This document shows, in pieces, positions 1 through 10,861 of a DNA stretch of 64,000 nt. A program made the translations under genes and the position numbers. The stretch covers positions 10,292,001 to 10,356,000 of the forward strand of contig NC_043018.1 of NCBI RefSeq assembly GCF_006345805.1. Direction: 5' to 3'. Origin of the DNA: Octopus sinensis. Lineage: Eukaryota. The notes beneath the pieces were generated by a model. That model did no database searches. It saw only the letters and a program-made list of their open reading frames with translations, and was not told the DNA's origin. How positions within the stretch are numbered: the first letter of the stretch is position 1; each line of letters begins with the position of its first letter.

Positions 1-152
1 TTTACGTCCCTGTCACTTAGCAGTTCAGCAAAAGAGACTGATAGAATAAGTACTAGGCTTACAAAGAATAAGTCCTGGGGTCGATTTGTTCGACTAAAGG
101 CGGTGCTCCAGCATGGCCGCAGTCAAATGACTGAAACAAATAAAAGAGTAAA
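1..152 (+). mobile_element. SINE family A, 3' part
   Basis: Matches the 3' half of full copies (cacttagcagttcagcaaaagagactgatagaataagtactaggc...cagtcaaatgactgaaacaa) and ends in an aaagagt tail. Confidence 0.85.
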
Positions 153-173
153 AGAGTATATATATACACACAC

Positions 174-241
174 ACAAGGATAAGCATATTAAAAGGGGTC
201 CATGGGAAAACTCATTTCAATAAAATGGTTGGGAACCACTG
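174..241 (-). mobile_element. hAT-type MITE fragment
   Basis: Reverse complement starts CAGTGGTTCCCAACC and matches the copy at 17029-17118. Confidence 0.6.
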
Positions 242-369
242 ATGGGAACCATTGATCTAATGTATCCCTTCTCATTGTTGTTTGGGCATATGACAGACTT
301 CATCCAGCAGATAAATGATCAATGACATTCCAAATGTGACCATCCTGTCTTTTATTTATTTATCTTTTA

Positions 370-768
370 CTCGCAGTATCGCCCAGCGTTGCTCGGGTTT
401 GTAAGGGAAATAACTATATAAGCATTTTTAGAGATGTAAAGTATAATAGCCATCTCAATATGGCTAACCACAAAGGGGGGGGGTGTTACTGTAGCTTTTT
501 ACATTCTGAGATTTAATAATACATTTTTAGAGAGTTACTTCCCTTATATAAACCGAGCGAAAATGCATTAAAAATACGGAAAAATTATGGTAAATTTTTT
601 TTTAAATAGTAGACTCATCGTAGACGCGCGCTAATACCCAGAAGGGCTCGATATGAATCACGACTATAAGATACCCGCTTTTGGTTAAACTGCACCACAA
701 AATGTGGGAATAGTTAGGAATCTAAATCGTAGGAGACAGACACACAACTTCACTTTCATATATAAAGA
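370..768 (-). mobile_element. Non-autonomous Helitron-like element
   Basis: On the minus strand: 5' TC (tctttatatatgaaag), subterminal hairpin cccgagcaacgctggg, and a 3' CTAG degenerated to CGAG, between A and T. Confidence 0.7.
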
Positions 769-967
769 TTTGTTTCAGTTTTTTTTACTGTGACCATACT
801 GGGACACCACGGTGAAAAGTTTTGGTCAAAGAAATAAACTTCAGGACTGATTTTTTAGGCCTGGTACATATCGTATCGATTTGAAGTAATCTGCTCTCCT
901 TGGAATGATGGAAGTTGCACAAAATAATGGTTTATTCTTTATGTTGAAAATCTGTATGGTTAGCTGC

Positions 968-1144
968 TTCCGAGGAGAACTAGTCAATTACATTGTCCCC
1001 AGGGTTTCACTGGTACTTAATTCTTTGACCCCGAAAGGATGAAAGGCAAAGTCGACTTTGGTGGAATTTGAACTCAGAATATAAAGACAAAATACTGCTG
1101 AGCATTTCATTAAGCATACTAACGATTTTGCCAGCTCGCCACCA
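968..1144 (-). mobile_element. SINE family B (tRNA head, gcctttcatcctttcggggtcgat core)
   Basis: Matches the full copy at 15660-15890. Confidence 0.8.
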
Positions 1145-1157
1145 TCAAATGATGATG

Positions 1158-1195
<38 letters not shown>

Positions 1196-1317
1196 CATCA
1201 TCATCATCATCATCGTTTAACGTCCGCTTTCCATGCTAGCATGGGTTGGAATAATAATAATAATAATAATCCTTTCTACTATAGGCACGAGGCCTGAAAT
1301 TTTGGTGGGGGGGAATC

Positions 1318-1534
1318 TATTTCTTTACTACCCACAAGGGGCTAAACACAGAGGGGACAAACGGATTAAGTCAATTACATCGACCACAGTGTGTAACTGG
1401 TACATATTTAATCGACCCTGAAAGGATGAAAAGCAAAGTTGACCTCGCCGGAATTTGAACTCAGAACTTAACGGCAGACGAAATACGGCTACGCATTTCG
1501 CCCGGCGTGCTAATGTTTCTGCCAGCTCGCTGCC
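1318..1534 (-). mobile_element. SINE family B, full copy nested in an older B-type copy (1235-1715)
   Basis: Full-length match, flanked by a ~17-bp TSD (tttggtgggggggaatc / tttggtgtggggggaatc). Confidence 0.9.
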
Positions 1535-1734
1535 TTTGGTGTGGGGGGAATCAATTAGATCAATCCCTGTATGCTACTGGTACTTAATTTATCGACCCCG
1601 AAAGGATGAAAGGCAAAGTCAACCTCAGTAGAATTTGAACTCGGAACTTAAAGACAGATGAAATACTGCTAAGCATTTCATCCAACATGTTAACGATTCT
1701 ACCAGCACACCACCTTATATGATAATAATAATAA

Positions 1735-2202
1735 TAATAATAATAAAGATTTCCAATTTAGGTACGAGGCCAGTAATTTTGGGAAGGGGTTAGGTTGATT
1801 ACATCGACCCTAGTTTTCAACTGGTACTTATTTTATCAATCCGGAAAGGATGAAAGGGAAGGTCAACCTCAGTGGAATTTGAACTCACAACGTAAAGATG
1901 GACAAAATGTTGTGAAGCATTTGCCTGGCGTGCTAATGATTCTGCCAGCTTGCTGCCTTAATGATATTAATAATAATAATAATAATAATAATGGTTTGCA
2001 AATTTTGGCACAAGGCCGGTACTTTTGGGAGTAGAGGTAAGTCCATCACATCGACCCCAGTTATCAACTGGTACCTATTTTACCAACTCCGAAAGGCCGA
2101 AAGGCAAAACCAGTCATGGCGGAATTGGAACTCAGAATGTAAAGACGATTGAAATGCCGTTAAGCATTTTGCCCTGCATGGTAACAATTTGACCAGCTCG
2201 CC
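1735..2202 (-). mobile_element. Two further B-type SINE copies with (ATT)n tails
   Basis: Cores at about 1795-1958 and 2040-2202, each preceded on + by (AAT)n. Confidence 0.75.
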
Positions 2203-2376
2203 AATATTAACGATGATGATGATGATGATAAAAGCGTTGAGATAAACGAGATGGTCATGACTGGAACGTCTTTGATTACAGGTCTGTTGAATCAAAGTCG
2301 GACTAGGAGAGGAAGAAGTCTAAACAACAATTTAAACATTCCTTTGTAAATTCCGTCCAAGTGTTTTAAATTCTTA

Positions 2377-2592
2377 ATTTACATTATTTACATTGACAAA
2401 TATTTGTCCTCATCTTGTTTGTTGTTAACACAACGTTTTGGCTGATATACCCTCCAGCCTTCATCAGGTGTCTTGGGGAAATTTTGAACCTGGGTTCTCA
2501 TTCCTAAGGTATTTTTCGAGGTTATTATTATTATTATTATTAATATTATTATTCAGGTCACTGCTTGGAATTGAACTTGGAATCTTGGAATT
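2377..2592 (-). mobile_element. Hammerhead-bearing short element (family H1) with tRNA-like B-box head
   Basis: Minus strand reads gttcaattcc-aagcagtgacctg-(AAT)n-cctcgaaaaataccttaggaatgagaaccc-gacac CTGATGA a ggctg..cagcc AAAA cg tt gtgtt. G12 is mutated to A. Homologous to 3443-3632 and 52076-52223. Confidence 0.75.
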
Positions 2593-3243
2593 AAGAGCAG
2601 GGGCTACTAACTCCAAGATTCCGAATTCGATTCCAGGCAGTGACCTGAATAATAATAATAAGAAGAAGAAGAAGAAGAAAAAGAATAATGCCCTGATGCA
2701 GTACCAAGCAGTGGCTCTCGTGGTTTCTGATCTTAACTGATTGGAAGTGTTATCATGTACATTGTTTTGTCTTGGTATAAAAGATGGGCTACAGCAAATA
2801 TTCTGCTCAATACCACAGATTTGCTTGTCAGTTGTTTGACCTTAACCAGTTGAGCATGTCCCTTGGTGGCTGACGATATGTGCATCTCTGATCACGAGCA
2901 GAAGTAGTGGGGGAGCACCATAGCCATGTGTTTAGAGGGATTCTTTGGGGTTTGAATAATTCACCTCTGGAAACATGGGTGTTTTGTTCAACATCCTTAA
3001 ACAACCCTTATTCAAGGACCTTTTGAACAGGATGGGTTACTTGACCAGAAGAAAATTCTAACTGGGCCCCACTTGCAAGGTCATGTGCTGTTTATCTTGA
3101 TATGAGATCACCATGTCGCGCACATATGGCAGTGATGCATGTGCCTAGTGTACCCTTATCAGACGGGTAGTCATGATGGGTATACTGGGCTTCGTATATT
3201 TTACCCTAGTGTCACTTTGATGGCATGCACTGCTCTCTCACTC

Positions 3244-3286
<43 letters not shown>

Positions 3287-3289
3287 TCA

Positions 3290-3442
3290 AGAACACTTAG
3301 CGGTTCGGCAAAAAGAGACCGATAGAATAAGTACTGGGCTTATAAAGAATAAGTCCTGTGGTCGAGTTTCTCGACTAAAGGCGGTGCTCCAGCATGGCTG
3401 CAGTCAAATGACTGAAACAAGTAAAAGATTAAAGAGAGAGAG
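3290..3442 (+). mobile_element. SINE family A, 3' part
   Basis: Matches the family A 3' half. Confidence 0.85.
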
Positions 3443-3632
3443 TAACAACAACATCGAAAACTACCTTAGGAATGAGAACCCAGGTTCGAAATTTCCCCCA
3501 AGGCACCTGATGAAGGCTGGAGGGTATATCAGCCGAAACGTAGTGTTAATAAACAAGATGAGGACAAATATCCGTCAAATGTAAATAACGTAAATAATGT
3601 ACATAATTCCTCATCTCTTAAATATAGAACTG
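3443..3632 (+). mobile_element. Family H1 element, headless copy
   Basis: Colinear with 2377-2592 (-) and 52076-52223 (+). Confidence 0.8.
3502..3547 (+). ncRNA. Minimal type I hammerhead ribozyme (Penelope-type), intact core
   Basis: ggcac-CUGAUGA-A-ggcug[10 nt]cagcc-GAAA-CG-UA-guguu. Stem I is 5 bp with two G.U pairs, stem II is 5 bp, and the cleavage triplet is GUA. Confidence 0.8.
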
Positions 3633-4087
3633 TGCTTTAAATTCTATAATAGAAATATAACGATAGTTAACATGGATGTTTAGAACAGATATCAAAATTC
3701 GGTCTGAAAGTAACCACAGAGACAGTAACCATCGCTCTACCTTTTTTAACTTATACATTTTCTTCAAAGTTACTTCCGTCCGAAAAAACAACAGAATTAC
3801 AACAAACAACCAATATTTGATCTTAGAAAACCTGTTTCGAATGGAAGTTGTTGCTTTCTGGAAGAAACTTTTAATCTGAATAAATTCTTTTCTTCTCTTC
3901 CTATTTTACCCATTCTTCGTAATCCCTAATCCCCCTTTGGTTTTTTTTATTTTAGTTTTTCCCCCAAATAGTATCAATATTGAGTGGACCATTCCATTTT
4001 TGTCCAAGGGAGGAGGGAACGTCTGTGCCGACATCAAACACTGAACACGTTGCTATAGTAATTCTTACCACCCCATCACCTCCACTT

Positions 4088-4088
<1 letters not shown>

Positions 4089-4138
<50 letters not shown>

Positions 4139-4185
4139 CTCTCTTTCTCTATCTATCTCTCTCTCTCTATCTCTATCTATCTATC

Positions 4186-4216
<31 letters not shown>

Positions 4217-5035
4217 GTTACTTTCATTCTTTCGCTCTTTCTCTTATTCTTTTTGTCTATTTATTTATCTCTATCACTCTTTCTCTCTCTATCTCTCAAT
4301 ATATTCATCAGTCTCTCTTACTTTCTCCCTCTCTTTTTACCCCTACTACCGTCTCCTTCATTGTCTATCTCTATCACTTTCTTTTTCTCTCTCTCTGTCA
4401 GACTATTTATCTATTGATCTCCTTCCCTCTTCTTACTTTCCCCTTCCCTCTTCATTTCTCCGTCCTAATGTATTTCATTCTCTCTCTTTCTAGATAGATA
4501 GAGAGATGTATATTGCTTTTTACTCTCCTTGTCTCTCTTATCCTTTCTTATCCTCTCTCTAACTGTTCTTTTTACTCCCTCTGTCCCTCTTTCTATCTGT
4601 CCTTTTTACTCTCTCTCTCTCACTATCTGTCCTTTTTACTCCCTCTCTCCCTCTTTCTATCTGTCCTTTTTACTCCTTCTCTCCCTCTTTCTATCTGTCC
4701 TTTTTACTCCTCTCTCTATCTGTCATTTTTACTCCCTCTCTCCGTCTTTCTATCTGTTCTTTTTACTCCCTCTCTTTCCCTCTCTCTATCTGTCATTTTT
4801 ACTCCATCTCTCCGTCTTTCTATCTGTCCTTTTTACTCCCTCTCTTTCCCTCTCTCTATCTGTCATTTTTACTCCATCTCTCCGTCTTTCTATCTGTCCT
4901 TTTTACTCTCTCTCTTTCCCTCTCTCTATCTGTCCTTTATACTCTCTCTCTTTCTCTCTCTCTATCTGTCCTTTTTACTCTCTCTCTCTTTCCCTCTCTC
5001 TATCGGTTATGTTTACTCCCTCCCTCTCTCCCCCT
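4089..5035. repeat. (CT)n/(CTAT)n microsatellite grading into a ~28-35 bp polypyrimidine minisatellite
   Basis: Repeated unit tctatctgtc(c/a)tttttactcc(c)tctct from about 4560 to 5035. Confidence 0.9.
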
Positions 5036-5087
5036 CTCTTAATCACTTTCTTTCTCTCCTCCCTCCCCTTCTCGCTTTCCATCCTTA

Positions 5088-5095
5088 TGACGTCA
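5088..5095. promoter_or_regulatory. CRE palindrome TGACGTCA upstream of putative TMEM258 exon 1
   Basis: Perfect CRE motif 46 nt before the ATG. Function is inferred. Confidence 0.4.
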
Positions 5096-5140
5096 CTACC
5101 GGTCCAGGCCTTCCTTCATGTCAACCAGTTCCTCTCCAAA

Positions 5141-5143
5141 ATG
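5141..5143 (+). CDS. TMEM258: TMEM258 exon 1 coding part (ATG only)
   Basis: ccaaaATG|GTAAGT has a strong start context and donor. A phase-0 join to exon 2 gives [10 protein letters not shown], matching the MELEAMSRY-like family N-terminus. The 18.8-kb intron is inferred. Confidence 0.65.
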
Positions 5144-6305
5144 GTAAGTTTCTCTTCTTCTCTGCTCGACCTCCAATATTATTTTCCCATCGATATTTTA
5201 CATAAATTCAACTCAAACCAATTACTCCAAATATTCTAATTAATTATCAAACTTCAATTAACACCCAATCACGAATATTTCTCTCCTAATTCAACAAAAA
5301 CCTCTTCTTTTTCAGCAGTAAATTCTCCAGTTTTCCCGAAACCGCTTCAAATTGTTACACGTTGCATAAAAACACACAGACACACACACACACGCCTTCT
5401 TTCATGCATCTCTGCCTTTATAATGTCCATGATATCGATCTTGATGTTATACTACACTAACCAACGTTATTTCAAAAGATTACATGATTTTAATGTAATC
5501 GTAGACGTTCCAGAAGTGGCCATCACGATTTTTATGCAGACAGCGGCGTATCAAGCATTGAATGAATGCATCTTATAATACAATTACGGTTGTTGCTTTG
5601 CCCTCACCCTCCCCTTCATTCATCGGGTCAGCTGTGGATTAGGGAGACCCACGACCCAAAAGGCATTCCATCCATGACCGTCCTGTTTATAAGGATATGT
5701 TGCACTATATATGAATGTGGGAATCGGAAGAAATTTTCAAGGAAATAAATTGTAAAGAAGTGAAAAAGTTATGGAGCGGGGTTAAATGTTTCGAAACTCT
5801 GCCTGTGTGTGTGGTTCGAGTGAAGATTTGTGTGCTATTTCTAGCAGGTCGAGTGACCACGTAGACGCTCCGTTCTTTTACACGTATACTATTGTTGGCG
5901 AATACGCATACCTGGGTGTTTAGGGTTATGGTTACGCTGAAAACGGGTGGTGTGCATATTCTTTACCTCCGCCCTAGTGTTGTTACATAGCTCCAAGTCA
6001 GCCCCGATCGAACCGACCCATAATTTAACGTCGTTCCATCCGTGACCATTCGTTAGAGAGAGAGAGAGGGCGGATATTAAGTTAGCCAGTGTTACTATTT
6101 TTCAAGTTAGTATAAGATGTGAATTGAAAAAGATTTGGTCGCTATTTCTAGTACGTTGAATGACTGCGTTGGCCGTTTATTTGGTCCCACGTCACCTCTG
6201 GCACGACAGAGACGTTCCAGTTAATGCCCACCAAGTGTTTTATCCAAACTATATCTAAGATTAGTACATGTAATGAATCTCGTTTAACCCTAAGTCAGCC
6301 CCACG

Positions 6306-6718
6306 GATCTTTTCGGTTTGAACGGCAGTTTTTAACATAATTTCTAGGTAACTAAACACTTTTAAACTTCGTATACTGGTAGAATGTGTTTATAAAACAT
6401 CTTTTTCTCTTGGTTTTCATGAGAAAATTCTATAGTTTGTAAGATATTTGTTGTTTTTTTCTTCAATTTCAACCAATCACTGACGTTCATTGAGGTAAAA
6501 AAAAACATCTGTGCCGTATGAATGTCCCCCGTTTAAGAAACAGATTGTGTTTATTTACATTTGTGAAGAAAACCAGATACCCTCCCCCCCCCCCAACTCT
6601 AACTAACCCTAACCCTAAAATAGATTGAAATGCAATAGATCAATACTAGGGTCATAATTATGGGTGACAATTTCATATGACACCGCTAGAAAAAACTGCT
6701 GTTCAAACCGAAAAGATC
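6306..6718. mobile_element. MITE with ~28-bp TIRs
   Basis: gatcttttcggtttgaacggcagttttt ... aaaaactgctgttcaaaccgaaaagatc, flanked by acg/acg. Confidence 0.8.
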
Positions 6719-7030
6719 ACGGCCCCACTCCAACGAAAATTGGACGAAAGACGCTCCAGCCACGACCACCAGGCTTTTATTCAGACATAATATACCTAGG
6801 ACTACGTTATCGAATGTGACCTTCCTTCCCAGGTTAACTTTGGTCAAGCTGACTTATGATCAAACACATCCTACCTGTAATCAACCTGCCTTTTTCTCAG
6901 ACATAGTTTAGTTTAGACTACATTATCAAACGTCCTGTTTTTTTTTTAAGACGGTTGTGTAAGTTTGAGGGCAATTTGGTTGTTATATCTAGCAGCTGAG
7001 GTTATCATCTGTAGTCTACCCTCTACTCAT

Positions 7031-7440
7031 ACTCTTTACTCTTTTACTCTTTTACTTGTTTCAGTCATTTGACTGCGGCCATGCTGGAGCACCGCCTTTA
7101 GTCGAGCAAATCGACCCCAGGACTTATTCTTTGTAAGCCTAGTACTTATTCTATCGGTCTCTTTTGCCGAACCTCTAAGTGACGGGGACGTAAACACACC
7201 AGCATCGGTTGTCAAGCAATGCTAGAGGGAGAAACACAGACACACACACGCATATATATATATACATACATATATACGACAGGCTTCTTTCAGTTTCCGT
7301 CTACCAAATCCACTCACAAGGCTTTGGTTGGCCCAAGGCTACAGCAGAAGACACTTGCCCAAGATGCCACGCAGTGGGACTGAACCCGGAACCATGTGGT
7401 TGGTAAGCAAGCTACTTACCACACAGCCACTCCTGCGCCT
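7031..7440 (-). mobile_element. SINE family A, full length
   Basis: tRNA-like head aggcgcaggagtggctgtgtggtaag...ggttcagtccc, a central ccttgggcaag-type box, internal (TA)n and an aaagagt tail. Confidence 0.9.
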
Positions 7441-7689
7441 ATGTGACATCACTTTTATGTCCCCTTTTCCATGCTGGCTTGGGTTGGACAGGTTTCTCTG
7501 AGACAAACAAATTTGCTTTCATTTCGCAGGTGCAGTGTGACTGGGTGGTAAGATGTTTGCTTCTCAACCACACGGTTCCAGGTTCAGTCCTACTGTGTGG
7601 ATCCTTGAGAAAGTGTCTTCCTTGGGCTGACCAAATCCTTGTGAGTGGATTTGGTCGACTGAAATTGAAAGAAGCCCATCAATTATATA

Positions 7690-8050
7690 TATATCATCAT
7701 CATCATCATCATTTAGCGTCCGCTTTCCATGCTAGCATGGGTTGGATGGTTCAACTGGAGTCGGGGAAGCCAGAAGGCTGCACCAGGCCCAGTCTGATCT
7801 GGCAATGTTTCTACGGCTGGATGCCCTTCCTAAACGCCAACCACTCCGTGAGTGTAGTGGGTGCTTTTTATGTGCCACCAGCACAGCTGCCAGACGGGGC
7901 TGGCAACGGCCATGATCAGATGGTGCTTTTTACGTGCCACCGGCACAGAGGCCCGTCGGTGTCATTATCAACGTCTGGCATGGGTCAGACAGTTTGACCA
8001 GAGTTGGCAAGCTGGAGAGCTGCACCAGGCTCCAGTCCGATTTGGCATGG
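7690..8050 (-). mobile_element. RTE LINE 3'UTR fragment
   Basis: Matches the 3'UTR of the RTE at 51030-51634 and has a (GAT)n tail. Confidence 0.85.
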
Positions 8051-9178
8051 TTTCTACAGCTTTGTCCCCAACCACTGCTTGGCAACTGGTGCTGGTGTGT
8101 TAACAGCTCCATAACTTAGCAGTTTGACAAAAGAGAATGATAAAATACCGGGCTTAAAAGAAAATATAAGTACAGGGGTTGATTCATTCGGCTAAAAATT
8201 CTTCAAAGTGATGCCCCAGCATGGCCACAGTCTGATGACTGAAACAAAAGAATAAAAGATATTACCAGATACCTTTCCTGTCACCAAGCCTATCATTGCT
8301 TCTTTATAACTCACAAAGACATGGTGTACTTATCCGAAAAGCAATTATATTCATATGAGGGGCAGAACTGGAAGGTAGCATTGTATGTTGTCTTACTCAG
8401 ACGTAGTCTATTTAGCCTTACATTAAGCAATGTGACCTTCTTTTATAAAAAGATGATAGGTGTGTATTTGAGGAGATTTTAGCTGGTATTTCTAGCAGGT
8501 TTCTGCATTTGTTTATGCAAATATCTAATACACATGTGTAGATGCAGGCAAGACTATGGGGTTAATAAGCCTGCTTTTCAAATGCATGGTTCCGGGTACA
8601 GTCCCACTGTGTGGCACCTTGGGCAAGGGTCTTCTGCTATAGCCCCAGGCTGACCAAAGCCTTGTCAGTAGATTTGATAGAAGCAAGCTAAAATATCCTG
8701 TCGTATATATGCATGCATGTTTGTTTTTCTTTGAGTTTTATTCAAAGCGAAGGGACTTCTCATTGTTTGTAAATATTAGGTTGAATTGAGTTTGAACTCT
8801 CAATGCACACAGCTGTATGTCTCTATTTGGAGAATCTTTGGAATGTCTCACAGATCTCCACTGTGCCACTCATATTTTGAATTTGGAGAATGAGCATCAG
8901 TTTCTTATTTTGTTCTTTCTTTAAAAAACATGTATTTCTAGGATTTTGTGTAAATTTGTAGATGCATAACCTAATGCACCCCTGATGATAGGTACAAATA
9001 AAAACTTATAGCCAGGCTGCAAGGGCCGTAGGTTCCACATTAGTTTGCTATAAATGTTCTCTTTTTTTCTGGATGTTTGATGGTACATTTACATCCATTG
9101 GGCAGCTGACCAATCATTTTTACGTCCACTTTACATACTGGCATGAAATGGACAGCTCAGGGTGCTGCTACTGCTGCT

Positions 9179-9554
9179 TGTTTGTTTGTTGAGCGAATGG
9201 TCTTCGTCCCAGAGCTCGCAGTGGGAGAAGTCCGAATCGTGGTCCTTTGCTATCCGTAAGACCTGCAGAAGAGAAAGCAGGTCAACCCCCGACACCGAAA
9301 GCATCGACGGATGGATGAATGCGCATCCAGGCTCAGCGGTTGTGTAGGAAGTCGGGGACAAGAAACAGGAAGAAAGAGTGAGAGAAAGTTGGGGCGAAAG
9401 AGTACAACAGGGGTCGCCACCACCCCCTGCTGGAACCTCGTGGAGCTTTAGGTGTTTTTGCTCAATAAACACACACAACGCCCGGCCTGGGAATCGAAAC
9501 CGCAATCCTACAACTGCGAGTCCGCTTCCCTAACCACTGGGCCATTGCGCCTCC
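9179..9554 (-). mobile_element. SINE family C (tRNA head ggaggcgcaatggcccagtggttagg), tail variant 1
   Basis: 13-bp TSD tgctactgctgct at 9166-9178 and 9555-9567. The head is shared with 39958-40343. Confidence 0.9.
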
Positions 9555-9819
9555 TGCTACTGCTGCTCCCAACAGACAGATGTTCAGGTGTGCCATTTGG
9601 CCTGCTTTCTACAACTGGATACCCTTACGGAGTGTACCGGATGTGTTTTCTCGTGACACCTATACTAGAGAGGTTGATTAAAGGGAGCTCATTCTCTGCT
9701 CATTTGCCAACCACTTTACATTGAATTCTGGGTCCATTTTTCTGACAGAAGTATTAGAGAAATTGTTTCACTCACTGGTCCCTTTTGAATGGGGGCTGAA
9801 TTTAAATTCTGAATATCAA

Positions 9820-10039
9820 CCCTTTAGCATTCAGTTTACTCTGTCAAATTCAATGCTTATTTATTCACACTGTTTTGGATTAATCCTGCATTATTTTATA
9901 GCTTTGCAGTTTCAATGATGTGATTGTTTATTTTTAGAATTACATTGTAGGATAGGTGTGAGAGGCTGGATCTGGCCAGTTTGAACATAAAACAGGTTGA
10001 ATACCTTGGCTGGATATAACTGGTTTAAATACTAAAGGG
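9820..10039. mobile_element. piggyBac-like MITE
   Basis: TIR CCCTTTAGCATT...AATACTAAAGGG with TCAA/TTAA flanks. Several other copies occur in the window. Confidence 0.75.
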
Positions 10040-10861
10040 TTAAGTGTCATAACTAAATACCACCATCATCATCATCATTATTCAGCATCTGCTTTCCATG
10101 CTGGTATGGGTTGGATGGTTTGAGTGGAACTGGTTAGCTGGAGAGCTGTAACCAGTCTGGTTTGGTGTGGTTACTAAAGCTGGATGGCCTTCTTAACATA
10201 ACGCCAACCACTCCAGGTGTGCAGTGGATGCCTTTCACATGTCACCATCACAGGTGCTTTTTACATGTCACCAGCACTGGTCATGACTATCATTTCACCT
10301 GGCTTGGTGTCTCTTCTCAAACACAGCAAATCACCAAAGGGTCTCGATCACTTGTCATCATTTCTGTGAGACCCAACATTTGAAGATCATGCTTCTGCTT
10401 CTGCATCTCATCTCTTCCTGGGTCTCCCTCGTCCACAGGTTCCTTCCACTGTAAACAGCTTCATGGTGTGCTTTATGATCCAACAAAGGAGCTTCTACAT
10501 GGTTACTTGATCTGCTAGAAATTCCAACTAAATCTCACTCAACTCTCAAGCAGCTTTAAAAAAAAAATGAAGAGCATCTAGGCTCGTGTAATCTTCTAGA
10601 ATACATTACTATGTCTGTGGGGAGAAAATGCAGAAGTTATGGTTGTGACTGGTGGACCTTTGATCATAGGCCTGCTTGATCTACGTTGACTTTGGACTAA
10701 ACAGTAACAGCTTCTTAGATTTGGTACTTGGTATCTTCCTCAGTGACTGGTGTAGAGGCATCGGTGATCCGTATCGGAGATGGTATGATACAGCCATTTT
10801 GGTACTACCCGTTCAGCATTTTTGATTTGATACTGATTTATTTGATTGCAGACATTTTAAT

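Noticed and set aside
3980-5239. Long ORFs of 145-236 aa rich in L/S/F
   Set aside because: Translations of CT micro- and minisatellite lacking stop codons; not protein-like.
6601-6618. Telomere-like (CCCTAA)n
   Set aside because: Only 2-3 units, internal to a MITE; not evidence of a chromosome end.
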